This document shows, piece after piece, positions 37,840-47,558 of a stretch of 64,000 nucleotides of DNA (its first letter is position 1; every line of letters starts with the position of its first letter). Below the pieces are notes generated by a model. It was not told where the DNA came from. It saw only the letters and a list, made by a program, of their open reading frames with translations, and did no database searches. Source of the DNA: an uncultured virus (IMG/VR IMGVR_UViG_3300047375_000936) (Duplodnaviria; Heunggongvirae; Uroviricota; Caudoviricetes); the IMG/VR virus record IMGVR_UViG_3300047375_000936. One strand, written 5' to 3'. The translations under genes were made by a program, and so were the position numbers.

Positions 37840-40440
37840 GTGGCAGAAACAGAAATTTTAAATGTAGGCGGTCCTCAGGGCGTTGCTAGTGAAGCAACCC
37901 TACTAAAACTTATTGATTTAACACGCCAGCAACAGCGTGGCCAAGGATCGGCTGCCCAAGCTGAAGCAAAACTAAGGCAAACACACAATGCTGCAATCAA
38001 AAAAGGTTCAGATAATGTTGGTGTACTTGGCAAAGCAGCACAAGCCGGCGCAAAGGCATTTGATACATACACAAAGGTTTTAAAAGACGGTGTTGGCGGA
38101 GTAAGTGACTTCACTGACTCAATGAAGTTTTTACCTAGCACAATGAAATCTCTAATACGTTTTGCAGATGCAAGCACACATCAGTTTAGAGAACTTAGTC
38201 AAGTTGGTGCAGGATTTGGTAATAGTATTTTTGAAATGAACAAAGTAGCTGCAACCAGCGGAATGGCAATGACAGATTTTTACGAAACTGTAAACGCAAA
38301 TTCTACTACAATGCGTTTTTTAAGTGGCAGTGTACAAGAAGGTGCTAAACGTTTTGCAGAAGTGTCGCATGGATTGCGTTCAAGCGATTTAGGTGAAACA
38401 CTTTTTAATATGGGTTTCTCAATTGGAGAAATAAACGAAGGGTTCCTAACCTATACAAATAATATGCAACGCCAGGGTATGCTGCAAGGCATGTCCAATC
38501 GAGAACTAATTGAAGGTAGTGCAGATTATCTAAAACAAATTGATTTGTTAGCAAAAGCAACCGGCGCAAGTAGAAAAGAATTTTTAAATCAAACTGAAGC
38601 ACTACAAGAAAGTTCTCAGTTTCAGTCATTACTAGCAAGAGCCGGAGAAGGTGCTGACGATTTAACTAATAACCTTGCGTTTGCTGCACAAACTCTAGGC
38701 GGACAGTTTACAGACGATTTAGTTCAAATTTCAAGTGGCACAGGCGGACTAACTGATCTAGGTATAGCACTACAACAAGTAAATGGCGGCAAGGCGTTTA
38801 CAGATCTTATGAAAAATGCTGAGAACATGGATCCAAATGAGTTTATGAGACAATTTAGTGCTCTTGCTCCTGATATTAGAGACAGTATCAAAAGCCAGTT
38901 TAGCCCAGCCGAAATGAGATTATTACAAGGTACACCTCTAGGTGCATTGTTTGATACACTCGGAGGGTTTTCAAGAGCCGCAGGAATTAATGTTGATAAA
39001 ATAATCGAAGAACAAGAACAACGAGATGCAGTTACCTCTGCGTTTGCAGGGTTCCAACAAGCTGTTGCTGATCTATCAAAGTTTATAACAGATAACTTTC
39101 TAAAAAGTGAAACATTTAAAAGTTTAAAAGAACTAGGTACTAGTTTGTCAGCTTCGTTTGCTACGTTGTTTGGTCCTGTTTCGCAAGACGGATCATTTAA
39201 AAATGCATCAGACGGCATTTCAAAATTTGTAACAATGGTTGACACTTTTGTAAAAGAAAATTTAATCGATCCAATAACAGCAGAAGTTAACAAATTTACT
39301 ACTCATATGAAAAACGATGGCGATGCAGGAACATATTTTAAAGATAAATTAACAGCAGCTGGTAATAAGATTTTAGATTTTTTCTTAGGTGCAGTTGGTG
39401 AAAATGAATTTGGCGAAGCAGGTAGAGGACAACGCGAAGGCGGACTGTTTTCAAAAGTTGGAGATGCACTTTCAAGCGTATTTGAAAATGAAGGATTTAG
39501 AGCAAGAATAAAAGGAATGTTTAGCGATGTTGCATTGTTAGCATCAGATTCAATTGCAGGTTGGTTTGACTCTGAAGCAGCAAAAGCCTCACTTGGAGAA
39601 CTTAAAAACGGTATACTAAAAGCAATGGGCTTTAAAACCGAAGAAGGGTCAAAAACAGTTTTTGAACAATTAAAAGATAGAGTATTAGGCGAGGCAGCCT
39701 CGCCTAGTGATAGTTTAATGAAACGAATAGAAACAAAAATATTTGGAGTAAGAGACGAATCGCAAGGAGAAATGTCAGTAATGGGTCGTGTAATTGATGA
39801 ACTAATAACTGGTATTACAAATGCGTTTGCTTCGGAATCGTTTAAAACTAAAATGGACGAAATTGTAGATACACTAAAACCTGTAATAGATTCTTCTATA
39901 AGAAAGTTACTAGAAGCATTAAACAGCACATTTCTTGGATACTTTATTCCAAATTCATCATTTGCAGGTGCCGAAGAACAACAATCAGGACTAGCAGATC
40001 AACTAAGAGTATTGGCAGAAACACCCGGCTTGGGTTACTCTGCGCCACGCAATCAAGGCGAAACTGATCGTCAGTATATAGCACGAATAATAGAAAGTGG
40101 CGACTTAATGGGTGCATATGCTGAGAGTGGTAGAAATATATTAGGACAACTTGGTAATCTTGAAGCTAATAATCCAAACTTAGTTCCTATAAGACATGTT
40201 GGTACATTGCGAGCTACTGGAAAAACTACAGAACCTGAAGGTGGTTTAATGAATATTAGTCAAGGTGAGCGTGTACTCAACCCATCAGAAGCAGCAGCAT
40301 ACAACAGTCAATCTGACCTTGGAGGTGCTATCAATAGACTAAATACTACTACCGCACAATTAGTAACACTAATGAAACAGAATAACAGAATCACCAGCGG
40401 TATCAGTAATGACTTCTTGAAAGGATCGTTAACAGTATGA
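37840..40440 (+). CDS. Tail tape-measure protein (866 aa)
   Basis: Long A/G/S-rich helical protein with the C-terminal motif GERVLNPSE. It is next to the chaperone gene. GTG start after AGGA. Confidence 0.7.
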   Translation: MAETEILNVGGPQGVASEATLLKLIDLTRQQQRGQGSAAQAEAKLRQTHNAAIKKGSDNVGVLGKAAQAGAKAFDTYTKVLKDGVGGVSDFTDSMKFLPSTMKSLIRFADASTHQFRELSQVGAGFGNSIFEMNKVAATSGMAMTDFYETVNANSTTMRFLSGSVQEGAKRFAEVSHGLRSSDLGETLFNMGFSIGEINEGFLTYTNNMQRQGMLQGMSNRELIEGSADYLKQIDLLAKATGASRKEFLNQTEALQESSQFQSLLARAGEGADDLTNNLAFAAQTLGGQFTDDLVQISSGTGGLTDLGIALQQVNGGKAFTDLMKNAENMDPNEFMRQFSALAPDIRDSIKSQFSPAEMRLLQGTPLGALFDTLGGFSRAAGINVDKIIEEQEQRDAVTSAFAGFQQAVADLSKFITDNFLKSETFKSLKELGTSLSASFATLFGPVSQDGSFKNASDGISKFVTMVDTFVKENLIDPITAEVNKFTTHMKNDGDAGTYFKDKLTAAGNKILDFFLGAVGENEFGEAGRGQREGGLFSKVGDALSSVFENEGFRARIKGMFSDVALLASDSIAGWFDSEAAKASLGELKNGILKAMGFKTEEGSKTVFEQLKDRVLGEAASPSDSLMKRIETKIFGVRDESQGEMSVMGRVIDELITGITNAFASESFKTKMDEIVDTLKPVIDSSIRKLLEALNSTFLGYFIPNSSFAGAEEQQSGLADQLRVLAETPGLGYSAPRNQGETDRQYIARIIESGDLMGAYAESGRNILGQLGNLEANNPNLVPIRHVGTLRATGKTTEPEGGLMNISQGERVLNPSEAAAYNSQSDLGGAINRLNTTTAQLVTLMKQNNRITSGISNDFLKGSLTV

Positions 40441-42158
40441 GTTGGAAAAAGCACTTTACACCAGTTGCAACCAGTATGAATGTTTCGGGTAGTTATTCTC
40501 CTTTTAGTTTTTCAAAAGGAACTGGCGTTGGTCCTGCGGCAGCAAATTATAGTAGTCATCTTCCTGATGTATATGTAGGCTCACCAAATCGTATCGAACG
40601 CTATGGCCAATACAATACTATGGATAATGACAGTGAAGTTAATGCTGCATTGGATATCCTTGCAGAATTTTGTAGTCAAAAAAACAAAGAGAACGAAACA
40701 CCGTTCAAAATGAAATTTAACAAATCGCCAACCAATAGTGAAGTACAAATTATTGGACAGTACTTGAAGCAATGGTGTAAGATTCAAGAGTTTGAAAAGC
40801 GTATTTTTAAAATTATCAGAAATACTTTTAAATACGGTGACCAATTTTTTATTAGAGATCCGGAAACACAAAAATGGTTTCATGTTGATCCTGCTAACAT
40901 TACAAAAATTATTGTTAACGAAAGTGACGGCAAACGTCCAGAACAGTATATTGTAAAAGACCTTAATATTAGCTTTGAATCGCTAAGTGCAACTAAATTA
41001 AATACCAACCAGGCATATGGTCCACAGGGCGGCGCTGGTTATCAAACACTTGACCAAAAATTTATGACAGGCAGAACACCCGACGGTAGTAGCAGCAGAT
41101 GGAGTACTGAAAGTAACGAAACTGCTATTGATGCACAGCACGTAGTTCACCTGAGTATGAGCGAAGGATTAGATCAAAATTTTCCTTTTGGCAATAGTTT
41201 ACTTGAAAGTATTTTTAAAGTATACAAACAAAAAGAATTACTCGAAGATGCTATTATTATCTATCGAGTACAACGTGCGCCAGAGCGCAGAGTATTCTAC
41301 GTTGATGTGGGCAACATGCCGTCACACCTTGCTATGCAGTTTGTGGAGCGTGTAAAAACGGAAATCCATCAGAGACGAATCCCATCCAAGACCGGAGGCG
41401 GACAAACTGTCATAGACAGCAGCTACAACCCTCTGTCAATCAACGAAGACTACTTCTTTCCTCAAACTGCTGAAGGTAGAGGATCTAAAGTTGAAACACT
41501 ACCAGGCGGTACTAATTTAGGTGAAATTGACGATTTAAAATATTTTACCAACAAACTACTTAGAGGTTTAAGAATTCCTTCAAGTTACTTGCCAACTGGC
41601 GCAGACGATAGTGCAAGCCAGTACAATGACGGCAGAGTTGGTACTGCATACATTCAAGAGCTACGCTTTAATAATTACTGTGAACGCTTGCAAAGTATGA
41701 TTACACAGGTTTTTAACAACGAATTTAAATTGTACCTAACCAACAAAGGTATCAATGTTGATGTTGCTATGTTTGACTTAACAATTCAACCTCCGCAAAA
41801 CTTTGCAAGTTATAGACAAGCAGAACTTGATAGTAATAGAATTAGTACATTTACACAAATGCAGCAGGTTCCGTTTATTTCTAACCGTTTTGCACTACAA
41901 CGTTTCCTAGGAATGAGCAAAGAAGAAGTTGCTGAGAACGAACGTATGTGGCGTGAAGAAAATGATGAATTTTTCTCAGCTGGCCCAACTGATGCCGCAG
42001 CACAGCTAAGAGACGCAGGCATTAGCGGAAGTGACATTTCAGACGATACAGAAGCAGCAATGGGCGATGAACTAGACGACAACGATCCAATTACAGGAGA
42101 TGCTGGAGATGTAGGTGGCGCTGGCGGCGGCACTCCAGATACTACACCAGAGGCATAA
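40437..42158 (+). CDS. gp20: Portal vertex protein, T4 gp20-like
   Basis: LLEDAIIIYRVQRAPERRVFYVDVGNMP, EDYFFPQTAEGRGSKVETLPGGTNLGEIDDLKYF and LRIPSSYL. Confidence 0.95.
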   Translation: MSWKKHFTPVATSMNVSGSYSPFSFSKGTGVGPAAANYSSHLPDVYVGSPNRIERYGQYNTMDNDSEVNAALDILAEFCSQKNKENETPFKMKFNKSPTNSEVQIIGQYLKQWCKIQEFEKRIFKIIRNTFKYGDQFFIRDPETQKWFHVDPANITKIIVNESDGKRPEQYIVKDLNISFESLSATKLNTNQAYGPQGGAGYQTLDQKFMTGRTPDGSSSRWSTESNETAIDAQHVVHLSMSEGLDQNFPFGNSLLESIFKVYKQKELLEDAIIIYRVQRAPERRVFYVDVGNMPSHLAMQFVERVKTEIHQRRIPSKTGGGQTVIDSSYNPLSINEDYFFPQTAEGRGSKVETLPGGTNLGEIDDLKYFTNKLLRGLRIPSSYLPTGADDSASQYNDGRVGTAYIQELRFNNYCERLQSMITQVFNNEFKLYLTNKGINVDVAMFDLTIQPPQNFASYRQAELDSNRISTFTQMQQVPFISNRFALQRFLGMSKEEVAENERMWREENDEFFSAGPTDAAAQLRDAGISGSDISDDTEAAMGDELDDNDPITGDAGDVGGAGGGTPDTTPEA

Positions 42159-42166
42159 ATAATTAC

Positions 42167-42418
42167 ATGATACTAAGAGAGCTATATTATTTTGATAAAC
42201 AAACAATGGAACCTCAAGAAGACCAGAGGTATGTTTCTGATGACGATGAAACACCAATTTCAATCGATGATACTCGAAAAACACGATTAACTCTTAAAGA
42301 CATCAATCGAGCACGTAGGGCGGACGATGCTCATAGAAAAGAATCTGAAAATGATTTATTATACATTAGGGCAATGTATGGAATAGCTGCTCAAGGCGGT
42401 GAAGAAGCTATAGCATAG
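42167..42418 (+). CDS. Small head-cluster protein (83 aa)
   Basis: ORF immediately after portal with ATAAATA (42155-42161) 5 nt upstream. Function is unknown. Confidence 0.65.
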   Translation: MILRELYYFDKQTMEPQEDQRYVSDDDETPISIDDTRKTRLTLKDINRARRADDAHRKESENDLLYIRAMYGIAAQGGEEAIA

Positions 42419-42427
42419 GAGTAAATT

Positions 42428-43189
42428 TTGCCCAAAATTTTTATTCCTGGTGAAACTAAAGCCCAACGGAAAGCTCGAAAGCGTGAAGAGAAAGCAGCTC
42501 ACAATCAGCGACTTAAAGTTGCACAAAGAAGTGTACTTCCACCAAAACCAAAACCAGCTCCCGACAGCCCGGGCCCAAATGATCAAATCAAAAGAAGCGA
42601 CATTGTTTTTGTTTTAGGCAATGGAACTAGCCGAAAACCAGTCAAATCAGAGGAATTGCGAGCGCACGGAACTATCTATGGCTGTAATGCATTATTTAGA
42701 GAGTTTATTCCTGATTACTTGATAGCAGTTGATACTAAAATGATTAGAGAGATATCAACTGCTGGGTATCAGCACCATCATCCAGTTTGGACAAATCCTA
42801 ACAAATACACTAGATCTGTTGAAAAATTAAACCTTTTTAATCCAAATTTAGGTTGGAGTAGTGGACCAACTGCACTTAACTTTGCAAGCAATCAGTTCCC
42901 TAAAGAGGTGTATATTTTAGGCTTTGATTATCAAGGAATTGGAAGAAAGAACGAATTAGTAAACAATGTGTATGCTGGTACCGAAAACTACAAAAAGCTA
43001 CATGATAGAGCAACATACTTTGGAAACTGGGAAAGACAAACATCTACAGTAATTCAAAAAAATCCTAGAATTAGATATATAAGAGTAGTTGAAGTTGAAC
43101 CGTACTTTGTACCAAATTCATTAGAAGGACATGATAATCTTAGACATATTACTGTAGAAAAGTTTAAACAAAAGTTCAAATTATCATAA
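42428..43189 (+). CDS. Sialyltransferase/MptE-like (GT29/GT42/DUF115-type) fold protein
   Basis: Motif order VFVLGNGTSR, IYGCNAL, YLIAVD, WSSGPTAL, VYILGFD. TTG start after AGGAG. The N-terminal extension is basic. Confidence 0.55.
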   Translation: MPKIFIPGETKAQRKARKREEKAAHNQRLKVAQRSVLPPKPKPAPDSPGPNDQIKRSDIVFVLGNGTSRKPVKSEELRAHGTIYGCNALFREFIPDYLIAVDTKMIREISTAGYQHHHPVWTNPNKYTRSVEKLNLFNPNLGWSSGPTALNFASNQFPKEVYILGFDYQGIGRKNELVNNVYAGTENYKKLHDRATYFGNWERQTSTVIQKNPRIRYIRVVEVEPYFVPNSLEGHDNLRHITVEKFKQKFKLS

Positions 43190-43196
43190 AAATTAT

Positions 43197-43222
43197 AAAA
43201 TGGGCCGTTTTGAGCCCATTTT
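43197..43222 (+). terminator. Putative intrinsic terminator
   Basis: AAAATGGGC-cgttttga-GCCCATTTT just after the stop at 43189. Confidence 0.6.
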
Positions 43223-43284
43223 CAGCGTATATTTTTCAAAAAGTGTAAATATAATAGACAGCCTTGACAATGAAGGAGAACGAC

Positions 43285-44262
43285 ATGACTGATCAAACAA
43301 AATTCGAGGAAATGCTCGAAAAATTAGTAAACGAGGATCGTGAAGGTGCAGAAGCACTATTCCACGAAATCGTTGTAGAAAAATCAAGAGAGATTTATAC
43401 AAACATTTTAGACGAAGCTGACGAGGAAGTTGAAGAAACAACTGACGAAGAAGTAGATGAGTCCGACGACGAAGATCTAGATGAAACAACTGATGAAGAA
43501 GTAGACGAAGCTGCTGATGAAGAAGTTGAAGAATCAGACGACGAAGACCTAGACGAAATGTTTGGCCTTAACGAACCAGAAATGGAAGCAGAGCCAGATC
43601 CAGCAATGGACATGATGGGCGATATGGAACCAGAAATGGGCGGTGACGAAGAAGGCGACGACGAAGAAGGCGAAGCTGACGGACCAGAAGCTGCAATGGA
43701 TAACCTAGAAGATGCACTTGAAGAGCTTAAAGCAGCATTTGCTGATATGATGGGCGACGAAGAGCCAGGTGACGAAGAGCCAGAAGAAGAAGCAATGGCA
43801 TTCGAAGCTGACGAAGAAGTAGAAGAAGCTGCTGACGAAGAAGTAGAAGAAGCTGCTGACGAAGAAGTTGAAGAAACAACTGATGAAGAAGTTGAAGAAG
43901 CAAGAACAACTCCAAAATCAGCATCAGAAACAATGCGTGAATACGTAGAAAAAATTGCAGATCCATCAAACCAAGAAGGCGCAGACAACAAAAAATCAAC
44001 AGTTGCTGGCAAGAATGACATGGGCGGAACAGCATCAAATATGAATCAAGGCCAAGATGGTAATCATCCAGAAGCCGGTGCAGGTTCAACTGTACAAGGT
44101 TCAGCACTAAGTGATACAAGTGCAAAAGAAGATAACGCAGGGAATGTAAACGTTCCAGGCGGTAAGGCTTCAAAATCAATGAAGTCGCAACCTGGCCACG
44201 GCGCTGAGAAAAAGGGCAAGCCAGAGAACGCTGCTAATAAAAAGTCAATGACTGGCAGCTAA
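43285..44262 (+). CDS. Highly acidic prohead core / scaffold-like protein
   Basis: Start set at ATG 43285 (AAGGAG SD, TAAATA at 43246-43251). It has E/D-rich repeats and lies between portal and protease, as T4 gp67/68 do. Confidence 0.65.
   Translation: MTDQTKFEEMLEKLVNEDREGAEALFHEIVVEKSREIYTNILDEADEEVEETTDEEVDESDDEDLDETTDEEVDEAADEEVEESDDEDLDEMFGLNEPEMEAEPDPAMDMMGDMEPEMGGDEEGDDEEGEADGPEAAMDNLEDALEELKAAFADMMGDEEPGDEEPEEEAMAFEADEEVEEAADEEVEEAADEEVEETTDEEVEEARTTPKSASETMREYVEKIADPSNQEGADNKKSTVAGKNDMGGTASNMNQGQDGNHPEAGAGSTVQGSALSDTSAKEDNAGNVNVPGGKASKSMKSQPGHGAEKKGKPENAANKKSMTGS
43807..43902 (+). repeat. In-frame 24-nt tandem repeat (4 copies) encoding (A/T)DEEVEE(A/T)
   Basis: GCTGACGAAGAAGTAGAAGAAGCT occurs twice exactly, plus two degenerate copies. 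Related units also occur at about 43415-43557. Confidence 0.9.
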
Positions 44263-44275
44263 GATAGGACTGAAG

Positions 44276-44902
44276 ATGTTAAACTTAACTGAAACATTAT
44301 CCTTCGACCAAGCTAGAATGGTCGTTGAGTCTGCTGATAACGCTTCGGGTGGAAAGGACCTTCATATGAAGGGAATTTTCATTCAAGGTGGTGTTAAAAA
44401 CGCTAACCAGCGTGTTTATCCGGTAGAAGAAATTGGCAGGGCTGTCACCACGCTCAATGAGCAGATAGCTGAAGGATATTCGGTTTGTGGTGAAGTAGAT
44501 CATCCAGAAGGACTTAATATTAACTTAGACCGAGTGAGTCATCTAATCACAGATATGTGGATGGACGGAGCAAACGGTTTTGGTAAATTAAAAATACTAC
44601 CAACACCAATGGGAAACCTAGTTAAAACAATGCTTGAAAGCGGAGTTAAACTAGGAGTTTCATCTAGAGGTAGCGGAGAAGTTGACGGCTCAGGCAATGT
44701 CAATGGATTTGAAATAATCACCGTGGACGTTGTGGCTCAGCCCAGCGCCCCCGGTGCATATCCTACACCAATTTACGAGCATTTAATGAACGAAAGAGGC
44801 GGGTATAAGGCATTTTTAACTTCGAAAGAAGTAACAGGCGACCCAAAGGCACAAAAATATATTGCAGAGAGCTTATTAAACATAATAAGCAGGCTCCAAT
44901 AA
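44276..44902 (+). CDS. gp21: Prohead maturation protease, T4 gp21-like
   Basis: GIFIQGGVKNANQRVYP, GEVDHP, LGVSSRGSG and DVVAQPSAPGAY. Confidence 0.95.
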   Translation: MLNLTETLSFDQARMVVESADNASGGKDLHMKGIFIQGGVKNANQRVYPVEEIGRAVTTLNEQIAEGYSVCGEVDHPEGLNINLDRVSHLITDMWMDGANGFGKLKILPTPMGNLVKTMLESGVKLGVSSRGSGEVDGSGNVNGFEIITVDVVAQPSAPGAYPTPIYEHLMNERGGYKAFLTSKEVTGDPKAQKYIAESLLNIISRLQ

Positions 44903-44913
44903 AGGAGAAATTA

Positions 44914-46002
44914 ATGGAAGCACTTAAATCCCTATTAGAGAGCGATGCAATTTCAGAAGCAATGAAAACAGAAATTGAAGAAGCATGGAACAAAAAGATC
45001 GATGAAAATCGTCTTTCCGTTACTTCTGAACTTCGTGAAGAGTTTGCAACAAAATATGAGCACGATAAAGGTGTTATGATTGAAGCAATCGATTCTTTGA
45101 TGACTGAAAAGTTAGCAGAGGAAATGAAGGAGTTTGCCGAAGACCGTAAACAACTAGCTGAACAAAAAGCTAAGTATGCGGTAGCAATGAAAGAAAATGC
45201 AAATCTTATGAGTAGATTTGTATCGGAAACATTGGTAAAAGAAGTAAACGAATTACACGAAGACCAGAAAGCAATGGCTAATAAGTTCACTGTGCTTGAA
45301 GAATTTGTTGTCGAACAACTAGCTAAAGAAATTGCAGAGTTTGATGAGGACAAAAAAGATCTTGCTGAAACAAAAGTACGTCTAGTACGTGAAGGCAAAG
45401 CTCACTTCGAAAAGGTCCGTAAAGACTTTATCGAAAGAAGTGCAAATGCAATATCTGAAACTGTTGACCGCGGCTTACGCAGCGAAATCAAACAGTTAAA
45501 AGAAGATATTGACTCAGCACGTAAAAACGATTTTGGTCGTAAAATATTTGAAGCATTTGCTAACGAATATATGGGTTCACACCTAAATGAAAGATCAGAA
45601 ACTAAAAAACTACTTAAAGTTGTAGACACTAAAAATCAACAAGTTGTAGAAGCAAAAGAACTAGCACTAAAAGCTAAAGCAATTGCAGAAGCAAAAGACG
45701 CACAAGTAAAGCGTTTAGTTGAGTCTAATCAGCGTAAAGAAGTATTAAACGAACTTACTGGACCACTTAACACGGCCCAGAAAGAAATCATGGCAGATTT
45801 ACTGGAATCAGTTCAAACAGCTAAACTACGTTCAGCGTTTAACAAGTATCTACCGTCAGTTATTGACAGTAAAGCTCCAGCGAAGCAGAAGGCAACACTT
45901 AAAGAAGGCAAAGAAATTACAGGCAACAAAACAAACAGTTCTATCGAGTCAAGCGAATCAACACACAATGTAGTTGATATCAAACGCTTGGCCGGATTAT
46001 AA
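44914..46002 (+). CDS. gp22: Prohead core scaffolding protein, T4 gp22-like
   Basis: Coiled-coil E/K-rich protein between protease and capsid, with the motif GRKIFEAFANEY. Confidence 0.8.
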   Translation: MEALKSLLESDAISEAMKTEIEEAWNKKIDENRLSVTSELREEFATKYEHDKGVMIEAIDSLMTEKLAEEMKEFAEDRKQLAEQKAKYAVAMKENANLMSRFVSETLVKEVNELHEDQKAMANKFTVLEEFVVEQLAKEIAEFDEDKKDLAETKVRLVREGKAHFEKVRKDFIERSANAISETVDRGLRSEIKQLKEDIDSARKNDFGRKIFEAFANEYMGSHLNERSETKKLLKVVDTKNQQVVEAKELALKAKAIAEAKDAQVKRLVESNQRKEVLNELTGPLNTAQKEIMADLLESVQTAKLRSAFNKYLPSVIDSKAPAKQKATLKEGKEITGNKTNSSIESSESTHNVVDIKRLAGL

Positions 46003-46012
46003 GGAGATAAAT

Positions 46013-47185
46013 ATGTCAGAACTACTAACAGGTCGCTGGCAGGAGACAAAAGGTGCCTTAGTCGAAGGCCTTACAGGCAACAAAAAAGCAGTTATGGAAA
46101 CAACTCTTGAAAATACTCGCAAGTATTTGTCAGAATCCGCAACTGCAGGTGCAACTTCTGCTGGTAACGTAGCAACCCTAAACCGTGTGATCCTTCCAGT
46201 GATCAGACGTGTTATGCCAACCGTTATCGCTAACGAACTAGTCGGCGTACAGCCAATGACTGGTCCAGTTGGTCAAATTCATACACTACGTGTACGTTAT
46301 GCTGATGCTTTCAATAGTTCAAGCGGAACAGACACAGCAGCTGGTGATGAAGCTCTAAGCCCATTCAAAATTGCTGAAGGTTATTCCGGTGCAACTGACG
46401 ATAAGGCAGCAGCAACAAGCGCATTAGAAGGCGCAGCTGGTAACAGACTAAGCATTCAGATCTTGAAACAGACTGTTGAAGCGAAGTCACGTAAGCTATC
46501 AGCACGTTGGACATTTGAAGCGGCACAAGACGCTCAAAGCCAGCACGGTATCGACGTAGAAGCAGAAATCATGGCAGCACTTGCTCAAGAGATTACTGCA
46601 GAAATCGACCAAGAAGTTATTGCAAGTCTAAACTCATTAGCGGGTTCAGCAGCAGAAACTTACAACCAAGCAGCAGTAAGTGGTACAGCTACTTTTGTTG
46701 GTGACGAACATGCAGCTCTTGCAGTTCAAATCAACAAAGTGTCAAACTTAATTGCACAGCGTACACGCAGAGGCGCAGGTAACTGGGCTGTTGTTTCACC
46801 AACTGTATTAACAATTCTACAGTCGGCAACAACATCAGCATTTGCACGTACAACTGAAGGTTCTTTTGAAGCACCTACAAACACTAAAATGGTTGGTACA
46901 CTAAACAACGCAATGAAGATTTATGTAAACACATATGCTTCAAGTGACGATGTTCTAGTTGGTTACAAAGGTACTAGTGAATCAGATGCAGCGGCATTCT
47001 ATTGCCCATACATCCCACTAATGTCTTCAGGTGTTGTCCTAGATCCGGGCACATTTGAGCCAGTAGTATCATTTATGACACGCTACGGTTATGTAGAACT
47101 AAGCAACACTGCTTCGTCTCTAGGTAACGCAGCTGACTACCTAAGTAAAGTTGGCGTAACAACCGGCAACCTAAGCTTCAGTTAA
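46013..47185 (+). CDS. gp23: Major capsid protein, T4 gp23-like (390 aa)
   Basis: RRVMPTVIANELVGVQPMTGPVGQI, VEAKSRKLSARWTFEAAQD, AFYCPYIPL and FMTRYG. Start set at ATG 46013 after AAGGAG. Confidence 0.97.
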   Translation: MSELLTGRWQETKGALVEGLTGNKKAVMETTLENTRKYLSESATAGATSAGNVATLNRVILPVIRRVMPTVIANELVGVQPMTGPVGQIHTLRVRYADAFNSSSGTDTAAGDEALSPFKIAEGYSGATDDKAAATSALEGAAGNRLSIQILKQTVEAKSRKLSARWTFEAAQDAQSQHGIDVEAEIMAALAQEITAEIDQEVIASLNSLAGSAAETYNQAAVSGTATFVGDEHAALAVQINKVSNLIAQRTRRGAGNWAVVSPTVLTILQSATTSAFARTTEGSFEAPTNTKMVGTLNNAMKIYVNTYASSDDVLVGYKGTSESDAAAFYCPYIPLMSSGVVLDPGTFEPVVSFMTRYGYVELSNTASSLGNAADYLSKVGVTTGNLSFS

Positions 47186-47206
47186 GTTTAAGTCAAATAC
47201 TAATGG

Positions 47207-47230
47207 AAAAGGCCCTACGGGGCCTTTTTT
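47207..47230 (+). terminator. Intrinsic terminator after major capsid gene
   Basis: AAAA-GGCCC-TACG-GGGCC-TTTTTT, a cUACGg tetraloop hairpin followed by a U tract. Confidence 0.9.
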
Positions 47231-47259
47231 ATTGAGTAAATATACTATAGGAGAGTATA

Positions 47260-47451
47260 ATGAAAACTGGTCAAATATTTAAATATACAGGAAGTAATGC
47301 TATTGTTAGACCTGATGAATTTGGACAAACTCGGAGAGATGTAGTTGTTCAAAATGGTCGTAAAGAATACGCAATTGGAGACAGAATAAAATATTATGTT
47401 GTAGAAAAGAACGGAAGATCTTTTGCAGTAGATATTGAACCAAATGAGTAA
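47260..47451 (+). CDS. Small degenerate cold-shock-domain (OB-fold)-like protein, 63 aa
   Basis: The pattern MKTG.I...IVRPD..G..RDVVV...GDRIKY.V..KNGRSFAVDI parallels CspA. It has an AGGAG SD and TAAATA at 47237-47242. Confidence 0.55.
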   Translation: MKTGQIFKYTGSNAIVRPDEFGQTRRDVVVQNGRKEYAIGDRIKYYVVEKNGRSFAVDIEPNE

Positions 47452-47483
47452 ACACCCATTTTATTAAAATGGATAAATACTTT

Positions 47484-47558
47484 TGTCAGAGGAATAGAGA
47501 ACCTTGATAAGGACTTATGCGGTCCCACCGCGTAGACCTAGAACGTCAACATAAGGAG
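47484..47558 (+). promoter_or_regulatory. Structured 5' leader downstream of late motif ATAAATA (47473-47479)
   Basis: Two hairpins, plus an alternative pairing CTTATG/CATAAG that overlaps the SD. Confidence 0.45.

Noticed and set aside
43264..43269. Sigma70 promoter at TTGACA upstream of the prohead core gene
   Set aside because: There is no -10 box at a 16-18 nt spacing; that position is the start codon. The nearby TAAATA late motif explains expression.
43807..43902. CRISPR-like or guide-RNA array
   Set aside because: The 24-nt units are contiguous, in frame and coding, with no spacers. No repeat-spacer array was seen anywhere in the window.
43395..44179. Long Ser-rich and Leu-rich minus-strand ORFs, and the many similar antisense ORFs in the track
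   Set aside because: They are shadows of the codon bias and repeats in the real genes on the opposite strand.
47500..47548. Hammerhead ribozyme in the leader
   Set aside because: TTGATAA and AGAAC deviate from the CUGANGA/GAAA core, and stems I and III with a cleavage triplet could not be built.
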